Shown: positions 49,297-60,951, counted from the first letter of the stretch. The stretch: 64,000 nt of DNA from Chlorokybus atmophyticus (GCA_009103225.1 RHPI01002069.1:200702-264701); one strand, 5' to 3'. The notes: generated by a model from the sequence alone, not told the origin. A program made the numbers and translations.

Positions 49297-50472
49297 CTAT
49301 TTCTTTTCTCTCTGCTGCTTGGCCTTCTGTGCATTCTGTTTTGCATAGCACGTAGCCTCCCCATGACCTGTCTTCTTGCAGAAACTGCAAGTGATGATGG
49401 ATTTGGCCGCATTGTAGGCGCCAGCAGGATGAGATGGTTTCGCCTTTTTCACAAAAGGTTTGTTGCCAGTGGCCGGGCGCTTTGCAGCTGAAACCGGGGC
49501 TGCCTCTTTTGCCGTGGTTTGCATGTTGGCGTGAGAGCGTTTTACACTGTCCACAGCAGCAACCATCTGCATCAGCATTGGTAAATCCGTCGAGGCCCAC
49601 TCTTGCAAACTCGCGGGGTTGACGGCCACATGCTGCACGAGATCTGTGTCCAAGCCACGCCTGAACATATCCAGCTGATCAGCATCACTGATAGGTAGTT
49701 TGCCAGCATTGATCTTGCTGACAAACGACTGAAAATCCTGGATATACTGCTGAACCGGACGCCCGTTCTGACGCAGGTTGTGCAGCTGGTTGCGAGCAAC
49801 CTGGGCAGGATCTGCGCCACCATAGCGCTGCTCCATGAAAAAGCACAACTGATTTACTTCCCGCCCGAGGTTGGTATCCCGTTGCTTACGGCGGTACCAC
49901 TCTGCCAAAGCATCGTTTGGGATCAGCAACTCAGCTACACGCAATTTCCCCTCCTCAGAAATGTGAAGGGAGTTGACATAGTGTCGCAACTTCACAAGCC
50001 AGTCGAAGATGGCCGCTTGCTTGTTGGGAACAAACTCGGCAGGACGAGCAAGTGCTTGAACAGGTGGACCACCGTCAGCACGCTGCAGACGCTCGATCAT
50101 ATTCAGAACACGTTTGCCTTCACCCATCTGCCCCTCCCAATCTCGCCCCATAAAGGTGGTGAGCTTTGAAACTTTTTCTGCCAATAGGAAGAGAAAGTTC
50201 ACGAATGAGACAATTGCCTCACGAGGGTCCTGATCATAGGTGCTAAGGAAATGCTCCATCAAGTCCTGCTGTGTCATGCGAATAGAAAACTCAGGGAATA
50301 TAGAAGGTGATCTATCATCCACTGAAGCTTCCGCAGCTTTAGCAGCTTGAGACTCATCAGGTGCATCATCCGGATTCGGAATATCTTCCATGGATGGAAA
50401 TTCCTCCTCACGGGAAAGTTGCTCTTTTTCTGAGCTCTCCCCTTTTGAGGTGGGCACCGAGTTTTCTTCCAT
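49297..50472 (-). CDS. gag: gag of element 2
   Basis: 391-aa ORF with a retrotransposon gag core (RYGGADPAQVARNQLHNLRQ) and a CCHC knuckle (CSFCKKTGHGEATC). Confidence 0.95.
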   Translation of the reverse strand: MEENSVPTSKGESSEKEQLSREEEFPSMEDIPNPDDAPDESQAAKAAEASVDDRSPSIFPEFSIRMTQQDLMEHFLSTYDQDPREAIVSFVNFLFLLAEKVSKLTTFMGRDWEGQMGEGKRVLNMIERLQRADGGPPVQALARPAEFVPNKQAAIFDWLVKLRHYVNSLHISEEGKLRVAELLIPNDALAEWYRRKQRDTNLGREVNQLCFFMEQRYGGADPAQVARNQLHNLRQNGRPVQQYIQDFQSFVSKINAGKLPISDADQLDMFRRGLDTDLVQHVAVNPASLQEWASTDLPMLMQMVAAVDSVKRSHANMQTTAKEAAPVSAAKRPATGNKPFVKKAKPSHPAGAYNAAKSIITCSFCKKTGHGEATCYAKQNAQKAKQQREKK

Positions 50473-51498
50473 TTGCCTGCAAAACAGGCAGAATGGGATG
50501 GTGAGAACCTCACCAATGGACCAGGTTTAACGAGAGGATCAAAATGACCCCAAGTTGTAAAAGTCCCAAACAGAGTCCAAACCAGTCCCAAAATAGGAAA
50601 GGTTGGATCTGGAGTGTCACCAAACAGAACAAGTCTGAGTGGGACCAGAATGTCCTAACCCTGTGTTGTCCTTAACCAAGTCCCAATCTCCAGGCCGAAG
50701 CCAGAGGGGGAGGGTTTCAGACTAACAGGGTTTGGGAACAGATTGTCCTAGAACCTCCCCACAACTGTCCTAACCAAGTCCCGATCTCCAGGCCGAAGCC
50801 AGAGGGGGAGGGTTTGGGAACAGTTTGGTTTGGAACTTACGGACCCGGGTCAAACGACCCGGCAAAGCCGCTGGCAGGTCACAGGTACGTCACAGGCATG
50901 CAACAGGCAAGCCGCACGGTGACTAACTGTAACATGCACTGGCAAGCACAGTGACAAGCAATCACCGCATGCAATGACAGGCAATCACTGCAAGCAATGA
51001 CAGTGCATTAAGTGTGACAAACAGTGATGGCACACTAGCAAGCCGCAATCACCGCATGTAATGACAGGCAATTACTGCAAGCAATGATAGTGCACTGGCA
51101 AGCCACTGTGTGATGTGCATGAAAGTACACACGTGCACTTGGCAAGCACCTGGCAAGCAGCTGACAAGCAGGCAAGCAGGCAAGTCACCGACGTGTGATG
51201 GTACCTCAACGTGGAGAGGCCGCCTCTTTGATAGGTGGCTTCAACGTGGAGGTAGCGCAGGGAAGCGAACTTGAAGCTTGGGCTGCGTGGACGAATAGGA
51301 GGCCGCCGCCGACGCTTCTGATTGGCCGAAAGCAGGTCGCCGCCCCCTATAAGTACCCACGTCACCCCCCAGCTCCTGGATACCAATGTAACAGCACCAC
51401 CGTCGCCGGTGATGCTCCTTCAATCCTCTACCCCAATACCCACACCGCCTATGACAAGCCTTTCAGCGGCGTGGCCGCCACTGAGCAGAGAACTGAAA

Positions 51499-52032
51499 GT
51501 CACAGCCCACTCGACCACAAAAGACTTGGTACTTTTATGGTCGATTTGTGGTAATTTAATGTACCTTCCCGTTACATTCCCCCCCACTTAAGAATGCTGA
51601 TGTCCTCGGCAGCTGGCGCCCATCAGCTGGGGAATCAATCCCAGGGGTCTGATTTAGGGTCGGTCACCGGCCCCACCATCCAAGGACCGGCCAATTTAGG
51701 CCCATACCGGTCAACGCGCGCATATCGCGCCGCTGCCGGCCCCACAGGTCGCGTCGCCGCGATAGGCAGGTCGCGCGCTGCCGCGCCGACTGAACTGGTC
51801 AGTTCGGCGCGACTGCCATTAGGCAAGTCGCGACCCATCGATGATGGCACTCATAAAGTGACCATTTACGATGTTATTGGATCGAGAAACAACGACCGCG
51901 GAATTCGTGTGCAAGGCAGGAATCGAACCCGGGTCTCAAGCTCCGATGACCAATGTCACAGCCCACTCGACCACAAAAGACTTGGTGCTTTTATGGTCGA
52001 TTTGTGATAATATAATGTACCTTCCCGTTACA
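51499..52032 (-). mobile_element. TRIM-like mini-element with a tRNA-type Pol III promoter in its LTR
   Basis: LTR-like 51872-52032 (TGTAAC...TAACA) with A box TGGTCGAGTGG (51963-51973) and B box GGTTCGATTCC (51919-51929). About 295-bp non-coding hairpin-rich interior, then CGAGGAC...TTAAGTGGGGGGGAA PPT, then a second, truncated LTR copy at 51499-51576. Confidence 0.65.
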
Positions 52033-53575
52033 ATATGACTATATATGTATATTTATGAATGTATATATATATACACACACTTACAAAATACGAATGTCAA
52101 CAACAAGTTGTGAGTCTTACATTTCATGGCTCACAGTCACCAACTCAAGTATGATATTACTGTACAATGCAAAGGTCCAAAAATGGTCACAAGGAAAGCA
52201 AATCATGTCTTTTTCACGCAGCTTATATACTAACAACATTTACATAACGTTGTCTTTTGTTGCATTAACTTTTCAGTGGCGGCGACGGTGGCAGCATTCA
52301 AAGCATGTCATGCCATGTGCACACGGTGTCATACACACTCGACATGCACATAAGGCCATGTTGCGTACACCACCAGAAGGCCTATACAGCTATGCACATA
52401 TGTAACAAAGGGAGCTGCTTCATTCAACAAGCGTGTAGAGAACTCCATACAGGCAAAAACACTAGCTGTACGCACAACTAATTGCTACTGTAACGGAGTA
52501 CTACCTGTATAGAGGTTCCCCGCCCTTATTTAAGATTAAATAAGGGTCCCAACGGGTATATACAGCAAGTTAAGCCGTATTAGGGCCGTTAACCTAGTGT
52601 TAAAGCCCTAATGTAGTGTTACTTATCTGTAACACTGATATCGACATGAGACATGAGTGTCATGTCGATAACAGCTATATGGCGGCGCTCAGCGGCTGCG
52701 TTAGCACGCTGCTAACGCAGCGGCCGCCATAGCTAGGGGATCTTCTACTTCGGCAATTGCCCTGGCGGCGGCGATAGCGGCGTTGTGGCCGGTGGCGGTG
52801 TTGGGGTAGGGGATTAAAGGGAGGAGGGAGCACTCACCCCTTACATTGGTATCGAAGATATTTGTAGTTGTATAGTTGTATGGCGCTGCTGTTAGCCTAG
52901 CCTAGCCTTGCCTTGTTTTGCCTTGCTTGCTTAGCCTAGCCTAGCTTGCCTGGCCTAGCCTAGCTTGTTAGTGTGAAGGGGAGGCGGCCACTCAGGCAGC
53001 CTCACCTCAGGCATTGTATCTCAGCACATCACTTGTAATTAAGTCACATATTACTTGTGATTGTGCTCGTGGGGCTGCCACCACGTGGATTCGTGGTGGT
53101 GTAAGGGGGGTTTGTGGTTGTTGACACTTCTCCCACCCCAAGAAAGCAGTTTAACGCCAACTTGGGCTGTTTTGGCCGCCATTCAGTGCGGTAGGGCCGC
53201 CAGATTCATTCTGGTCGGTCGATTTCAAACCCTCAACTCACAACTTGTTGAAATCGGCATGTAGGGCTGATTCAATGAGAGTTTGGCACCTTTTGTTTCA
53301 TTTACAATTGTGAGTTGAGTAGGGTTGTACAAAGTGAAAACTTTGAGTTGTTGTAGCTTGTGAACCGTCGCGTGGCTTCGCGCGCGGTTTGTTTACAAGC
53401 GAGTGTCTTTTTGAGAAGTGTTGGGCAGTCATTTTACAGACTGTTTAACCCAAGTATAGCACCTTGAAATCAACGAGAGAGAAACAACAAATTTGGACAC
53501 TTTCAGAGTGCACAACTCGTGTGCTTGTGCACTCGTGCACTTGCAAACTTCTTGACGGCTTGTCTCCTTGAGCAG

Positions 53576-55021
53576 ATGTCTCACCAAGGAGAGGAAGGAG
53601 GGATGTATCCCGTACCTGAGGATTCATCCCATGAGCCATCAAGTGATGAGGAAGTGAAGCACTCAGACACGAGTGGTGGTTACATTGTCAGTGAGGAGGA
53701 AGAAGCCAAGTCCGTGAGTGGTGAAGCTTCCTCAAAAAAGTCCTCTCATGATGACCAACCTATGGACGCTCAGAGCATTATCGGGGCGGCCATAGCGAAG
53801 TACGCATCAGAGCGTGAAGCTCTTCTTGCTGCACACCCCCAGCTTCGCAAGGAAGTGTGGGATGAGTGGGCGCAGCAAGTCCGTAACGCATATGAGACGG
53901 ACTTTGCGGCACTCCCGCGCGCAAGCAAGGAGATGGTGATTCGCATGCTCGAGCACGAGTTGACGCGTAATGTACCGCAACTTATGCGCACAGATCCGGC
54001 AGTGGTGGCTCTTATGGCTACTTATGACAAACCAGGCTCATATTCATGCCAGAGGATGGCATTTGAGGCTCTCACCTTATTGACGGTGGAAACTCAAAAG
54101 CGTTGCAAGGACCTCGTCTGGTACTTAGGGCCTGAGCTGGAGGAGAGATTAGCTCGAGAAGAGCGCTTGACCGTACGCCTCGATGCTATGCAGTCCGAGT
54201 TGGTGGCATTACGCCAGCAGGTGGCAGGGGCTACTACTACTGTAGCAGGGACATCAGTTGGCCTACCCGTCACAGCGCTGAACAAGCCCGAGAAGTTCAA
54301 GCCCAATGGGGCTGTGAACATTCATAATTGGGTGGTGAATGTAAAGCGCTACTTGGCTGCACTTCAGCGACCAGTTAGTGAGCATACATCTGTTGCTGAG
54401 TTGCTCATGCCACCTGACGCTTTAGCCGAGTGGGCGCGTCAATCGAAGGATGGTGCTTCCAAGACTGTGGAGGCATTGTTTCAGTTTTTGGTGGAGCGCT
54501 ATGGCGGCATGGACCCGGCTATTGCTGCTCGCAACAAGCTTTCCAAGCTGCGACAGAATGGTCGGGCGGCTTCAGTGTACTTGCAAGAGTTTCAGGCACT
54601 TGTTGGCCGTGTCAACAGTGGGCTCATGCCCATGGACAAGGCTGAGCAGTTTGACCTGTACAAGCGCGGCTTGGATGCGCGCTTGCGCGACCAGTTGCAG
54701 TACAACACGTCGACAGGGCAATCGTGGGTTCCCGCGTACCCCGCAACCTTGCAGAGGTTGAGTGTGTATCTGTTCAATGACGATGCTACGGCTGTGCAGG
54801 ACAAGTCACAGGTGGTGGCTTCAGTCAAGCCACATGGGGGAGGGGGGAAGCGGTTCCCTCCACCAAGTGCGTATGCGGCGAAAAAGGCCAAAACCTCATA
54901 CGCACCCGCGAGTAATGCTACGCCTATTGCAGCACGCGCCTGCTACGTGTGCCATCAGCCAAGTCACATTGCGAAGAACTGCCCAACAAAGGGAAAGGGC
55001 AAGGCCAAAAAGGTGGAATAG
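53576..55021 (+). CDS. gag: gag of element 3 (open)
   Basis: Acidic N-terminus, RYGGMDPAIAARNKLSKLRQ and the CCHC knuckle CYVCHQPSHIAKNC. Confidence 0.9.
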   Translation: MSHQGEEGGMYPVPEDSSHEPSSDEEVKHSDTSGGYIVSEEEEAKSVSGEASSKKSSHDDQPMDAQSIIGAAIAKYASEREALLAAHPQLRKEVWDEWAQQVRNAYETDFAALPRASKEMVIRMLEHELTRNVPQLMRTDPAVVALMATYDKPGSYSCQRMAFEALTLLTVETQKRCKDLVWYLGPELEERLAREERLTVRLDAMQSELVALRQQVAGATTTVAGTSVGLPVTALNKPEKFKPNGAVNIHNWVVNVKRYLAALQRPVSEHTSVAELLMPPDALAEWARQSKDGASKTVEALFQFLVERYGGMDPAIAARNKLSKLRQNGRAASVYLQEFQALVGRVNSGLMPMDKAEQFDLYKRGLDARLRDQLQYNTSTGQSWVPAYPATLQRLSVYLFNDDATAVQDKSQVVASVKPHGGGGKRFPPPSAYAAKKAKTSYAPASNATPIAARACYVCHQPSHIAKNCPTKGKGKAKKVE

Positions 55022-58000
55022 GATTATGTCGTGACTGATGTACCTTCATCCAGTGGCCAGTTGCTAGTGTTACATGCAGCAAACTGGTTTGATAAATTGT
55101 CTCGTGTACATGTAATGACACATGCATGGCAAGCACATGATAAGCTGCCACTTACTGATAGTGAAAAAGTGGATGACCAGGCTTGTGTGCTAGTGCATGT
55201 AGAATTTAACATGCTAACAGAAGTTTTGCGCACATTGTGTGAGTTACAAAGTAAACACACGACACTGAGTGTGGTTGTCATGGTGCCGAAGTATCATGGA
55301 CCGTGGCTAAAGCATACTCCGGGGGGGGACTGTGTTGAAACAATGCACAAAGCGTGAGACGGGGACAGTGCGGTTGTCTGCAATATTAATTAACCCGCGC
55401 ATCAGTCACGGAATCTTGGCTACCTTTCAAGGGCGAGTAGTACCTTTATTGTGGACCTTCACAGGCACGGCACAGAGTATTACTAGCTCGTTCTTGGTTG
55501 ACACCGGGGCAACGCATAACTTCGTCGAAGAAAAATGGGTTATGCACAATAAGATAGCGTGTAAACCCTCCGCATTCTCAGCTGCTGGTGCTGGGGGTAC
55601 GTTATCGGTAAAAGGTGAAATCAAGTTGAAAGTTAAGATTGGTAGTTATCAAGCCAATTTAACTTTCATCGTAGTACCCATTGACATAGTTGGTGTTGAT
55701 GTGGTATTTGGCCAAGAATGGCAGAATCAAGTGTCTATGACATTAGATACTGCTGCACGGCTGTGCACAGTAAAGAAGGGGCGTAAGCGCATCACTTTGT
55801 CCGTGCAGGGGTCGCATAGCTTGGAATACAAGCAAACAGACCCTGCGTTACTTACGGCGCTTCAAGTAAAGCGTGCGTTATGTAAAAACACACCTCCTTT
55901 TCTCATGCACCTAACGTCGAATGATGATGTAGTGCCTGGCAATACAGAAGGTGTGGCGGACATCATTGAGAAATGTCAGGATGTGTTGCTTGGTCAACAT
56001 GTCATGATATACCTGGATGACATCATTGTCTTTAGTAAGAAAAAGGAAGAACATAGGCAACACTTGAAAGCGGTGTTTGCAAGACTGCGCAAGCATCGTT
56101 CGTTGGCAAATCTCACCAAGTGTGATTTTTGTAAAACGGAGTTGCCCTTTCTTGGTCACATTGTGAGTGGTGCGGGTATTAAACCTGACCCTCGCAAAGT
56201 GCAGATTGTGAAAGAGTGGCCCCAACCTCAGAATATCCATCAACTAAGGTCGTTTCTCGGGCTGGCAAACTATTTTCGCAAGTTCATGATGGGGTACTCG
56301 ACAGTTGTCATGCTTTTGACTAAACTGTTATGTAAAAATGCCCTGTTCACTTCGACAACAGCACAAGAAATTGCTATGCAAAAGGTGAAGTTGGCTTTAA
56401 CATCGGCGCCGGTGTTAGCACTGCCCAATTGGGACAAACACTTCACAGTGGTCAGTGACGCATCAACACTTGGGTGTGATGCGGTACTATTGCAAAATAG
56501 TAGATTTTGTGCTTATCAGAGTAGGAAGTTCATTCCTGCAGAGGTGAACTAAACTACGACAGAGCAAGAACTATTGGGTATAGTTCATGCTCTCGAGACA
56601 TGGCAATGTTACTTAGAGGGTGTTCAGATCGCTATTGTAACTGACCACAACCCGTTGGTGTATTTCAACACAGCAAAACTTGTCGAGACGGCAAGCGCGC
56701 TGGAATGAGTTTTTGTCAAGGTTCACCTTTGATTGGGTGTATCGGCCGGGCAGAACTAATGTGGCTGACCCTTTGAGTCGCTGCCCGTCATTACTGGCGG
56801 TGATGCGCGCGCAATTACTCGTGACACGCAACACATTGTCTCCCAATGATGAGTTTGTGCAAACTCATGTACAGGGGTACACTTTGGACCCGTGGTTTTC
56901 TAATGCAGACAACTTACAACAGTATGACAAACGTGACAATCTGTATTACATGAGCAACAGTGTGGCGATCCCTGACCATGCTAGATTGCGTGCGAAATGC
57001 ATAGCTGATGTACACGATCCACCATACGCTGGGCACTTTGGCAGTCGCAAGACTGTTAATGCATCGCGACAGTTGTACTGGTGGCCATCGTTGCCTGCTG
57101 ACGTAAAGCGGTATGTGGACACGTGTGACAGATGTCAGCGTGACAAGCCGTTACGTCAAAAACCCGCTGAGTTGCTGCGACCATTGCCTGTTCCTGATGG
57201 CAAATGGGAAAGTGTGATTATGGACTTTATAACTGAGCTCCCAGAGACAGCATTAGGTCACACTGCGGTTGCAGTTCCTGTGGATCGTTTGACAAAAATG
57301 GTTCACATTGTCCCTTGTCGCACGGAGATAGGCTCCCGTGAGTTGACAATGGTTTTTGTCGCGTCTGTGTTCAAGTTGCATGGCTTGCCCCGCAACTTTG
57401 TGACAGATCGCAATCCGCGATTTATGGCTCAGTTTTGGTAGTCGCTATGCAGCTTCTTACACATTCAGCAGAACATGAGCACTGCTTACCATCCACAGAC
57501 GGATGGTCAGACAGAACGCGCCAATTAAGTAATTGAGGAAACCATCCGGCATTATGTGAGCCCGAATCAAAGTGATTGGGATATTTATCTCCCAATGGCT
57601 GAGTTCGCGAACAATAATACATGGCAAGAGAGTGTGCAGGAAACTCCATTCTACTTGAATTACAGAGTGCATCCAATGAGTCCTGCGACCATTAAGTTGC
57701 CCGCTACTGACGTAACTCGCGTACCTGCAGCGAGCGAGATGGCTTCGGCCATGCATGATAGGTTAGCGTTGGCAAAGGACTGTCTGCGCGCAGCGCAAGA
57801 CAGACCAAAGCCTAAGCTGATGCGCATCGTAGAGAGGCCAACTACGATGTGGGCTGTTCGGTGCTTCAAAGTACCAAAAACGTATCCGTCAAGGGAGTGG
57901 GTACCCGCAAGTTTTTCCCTCGCTTGATAGGCCCTTTCAAAGTAACTGATCATCTCAGCACTCACGCGTATCGTTTGGACTTGCCGAAGTCGATACGCAT

Positions 58001-58283
58001 TCATAATGTGTTTCATGTGAGTGTGCTGAAACCGTACCGTTCGGATGGTCGGGTTCAACCTCCTCCACCCCCCGTTGCAGTGGATGGCGACGATACTTTC
58101 GAGTATGAGGTGGAAGCAATCCTGAGTCACCGTAAGCCTCGGCGCGGACGCGCGCTGTCTTACTTGGTGAAATGGAAAGGGTATGGTGTTGAACACAACA
58201 CATGGGAGCCCGAAAGGAATCTTACCAACTGCCAGGAGATTCTTCGGGGGTACTGGAGTGCTGTGTCCACACGCGGACGGTAA
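55022..58283 (+). pseudogene. pol of element 3, disrupted
   Basis: VDTGA, IYLDD, integrase HHCC and chromodomain present. The N-terminal half of RT is missing (EKCQDVL joined to LGQHVMIYLDD), with several stops and frameshifts. Confidence 0.92.
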
Positions 58284-60450
58284 AAGGGTGCTGGCAGACA
58301 TCTTTATCGTTTCGGCCCTGTTTCTCTCACTGCTTTGGTTTTTCAGTGCTTGTTGTGGGGCTTTGCTAACCCTTCAACGAGGACATTGAAACCTAAGTGG
58401 GGGGAATGTAACGGAGTGCTACCTCTATAGAGGTTCCCCACCCTTATTTAAGATTAAATAAGGGTCCCAACGGGTATATACAGCCAATTAAGCCGTATTA
58501 GGGCCGTTAACCTAGTGTTAAGGCCCTAATGTAGTGTTACTTAACTGTAACACTGATATCGACATGAGTCTCATGTCGATATCGGCTGTATGGCGGCGCT
58601 GCTAACGCAGCGGCTGCCATAGCCAGGGGATCTCCTGCTTCGGCACTTGCCCTGGCGGCGGCGGTAGCGGCGTCGTGGCTGGTGGCGGTGTTGGGGTAGA
58701 GAATTAAAGGGAGGAGGGAGCACTCCCCCCTTACAGCTACTCTACAACATGCATGCTATGGAGGCCATTCTTAAGTGTAGCGAACGGGCCGCACTACCAG
58801 CGCACAACGTTGACCCTACCATGGTTCCGTCATCTCCTTCTCATCGTCTAACGGGACAAGGCTAGTACTCTTTGCGCACACCTCACCCGTACACGATCAC
58901 GTGTACCGCCTCGGCGCCGACGTGCTTATATATAACCACGTGCATCAAGATAGTGCAGCATTGCTGAAAGCCGTTTGCTTGGAGTGGCCACCGCAGCTAA
59001 TGAAACACATGCTTAACTTTTTTGAATTCTCATTGAGATGAGCGACGGTCACCATAAACGACCCCAGAGACTTCCCGCGCGAATCGACAATGGACAGACA
59101 AAGTAATTAATTAATTAATGCGGTGATCGTCGTTGGTTTTTATAGACTAAAGCATACAAACCCTAGGTAGCATTCCTCATAATCGGTTGGTATTGCAAGT
59201 TTGATCTGTCTCGTGTGGGCGGGTGCTGTATTGTAGACCTTAATCTCGTATAAATCAATTCGTTTTGACCTTGTTTAACTTTAACATGACCTTAACTTTA
59301 ACATCTCCGTATTGCTTGAGGCATGCGTAAAGTGTGTGTAATTGTTGCGTCGCAAATTTTACACGGTGAATGTACAGGGACTGAGGGACTGACGGGTACC
59401 TGACTCTGTCAGACCTAACAGATTGGTCCTTGAAGGGACTTATGAGACGGCCGGTGCTACTTAGCAACATTTGATGACGACCAGCGATCGGCCGATAGCT
59501 ACACGCGATTAAAGCCTGCCTGCGATAACTAAAACGTGACGTCACCGCATCTTCAAGTGACGGCCGATCGCTGGTTGTCTATTTTGTTCGATAGCGACCT
59601 ATCCAGCATAGCAGACAGTTACCTTTCGGTCATTTTTTGCAACGGTTGGCCACCGGTCGTACCATAACCATATTACCGTATGCGCGGCGGCTTGCCTACT
59701 ATGGCAGGCCAATTACTGTCAGTCCCTATGTCGTGACCTGCCCGCTTGTCGATCAGTGACGGCAGACCACCGGTCGTCCGTTAGTGCGGCGGCGACCTAC
59801 CGACTTTGACAATTAAGTGACCGCCCGTCCATTAATGCCGGAAAGCAATGCGGAACGATGGTACATACAGCTATGGTACCATACAAATGGTACAAAAATC
59901 CCATTATTACAATAGCACCATCGTACCATTTTAATGGTACGATGGTGCCATTGTGATGCGTTTGAATCACTTGGGTTGCCCAAGGTTCAAAGGCTCAACG
60001 GCTTCAAGCAAGCTGAACAGTTGAATTGTGCAGCGGTGGCGGCGGCGGCGGCGGCGGCAACGGCTAACAGTAAGCAAGTTTGCTTGGTGCTGTACTGTTG
60101 TGTTATGCGTAACATCGCATGCAGCCTAACCGCCCTTCTGAACTCAGGGCGGCTAGGCCAGACCAGGGCAGGCGGCGGCGGTATATGGCAAGCAACAGCA
60201 TGTGTATGAAAGTTGTCACACTGTGAGGGTGAGGTTATGTTGCTGTTGATGGCGCTGGTGTGATTGACTTGTGCTTGCAGGAGCAGCGGTGGACAAGGAG
60301 CGGCGGCGGAGGTGGAGCGCAGGAGCGGCGGCTTAGTACAAGGCCTTGGATTAGGGTGGTAGTAGTAGTAGTAGTAGTAGCAGCAGCAGCAGTAGTAGCC
60401 GCTCACAGTAGTTCATGTTGTAGCATAGTACCAATATGACTTGCAACACA

Positions 60451-60940
60451 TGTAATATACTATACTTATTTTTATTATTTCATCATTGTCGACGACACTC
60501 GCGTGAGGTATCCAATCATGACTGATCGGTACCCAACAGGTACCTTTAAAGGTATCCTTTAGTAACGGCAGGAACCATGAGGTACCTGTCAGTTACAATC
60601 AGTTAGTGTACAACCGCCGGTACCTAACTATTAGGTACCGGTTAGTTAATTGCCAGTTAGGTTAAGTCCCTTTTGCTTGACCAATGGGTATCCTTACAGG
60701 TATTTGTCAGTTAGAGTTAGACCCTTTATAAAGATGGTCGTCGACTAATGATAACGGCCGTCATGCTCAGGCCCCTGTATCGAGATCGCCGGCAGACTGA
60801 ACAACGACAGTCTGATTGAGTATCCTCAGACCCACGATCGCTCTATATATGTGGTCGGCCGTCAGGGGTAACATTTTGCGATGTGGGCGTGTTCGTGCCG
60901 AAAGTGCCGTGCATGCTCTACGAGAGGCGTGTGTTACAAT
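60451..60940. repeat. Possible LTR-derived remnant(s)
   Basis: TGTAAT start, repeated AGGTACC motifs like those in the U3 of elements 1 and 2, CCAAT/TATA-like motifs and a GTTACA end. No matching TSD found. Confidence 0.3.
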
Positions 60941-60951
60941 TTATCCCAAAT

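Larger units (their letters stand above)
44892..52032 (-). mobile_element. Composite insertion: coding-intact chromovirus (element 2) with a TRIM-like mini-element at its 5' end
   Basis: TSD ATATG at 44887-44891 and 52033-52037. 3' LTR 44892-45417, PPT 45418-45432, PBS TGGTATCCAGGAGC next to 51387, chimeric 5' LTR 51387-51576. Confidence 0.93.
52489..58735 (+). mobile_element. Ty3/Gypsy chromovirus (element 3, divergent family), with an RT deletion
   Basis: 5' LTR 52489-52845, PBS TGGTATCGAAG, PPT AAGTGGGGGGAA, 3' LTR 58407-58735 and a perfect TSD GCTAC. Confidence 0.95.

Noticed and set aside
51905-51985. Functional tRNA gene on the minus strand
   Set aside because: A and B boxes are present, but the acceptor stem (TCTTTTG vs CTTGCAC) does not pair, and the sequence is embedded in an LTR-like repeat.
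59987-60420. Secreted protein with a poly-Leu signal peptide
   Set aside because: The ATG frame (MNYCERLLL...) stops after ~21 codons; the long frame lacks a credible start and is driven by a trinucleotide repeat.
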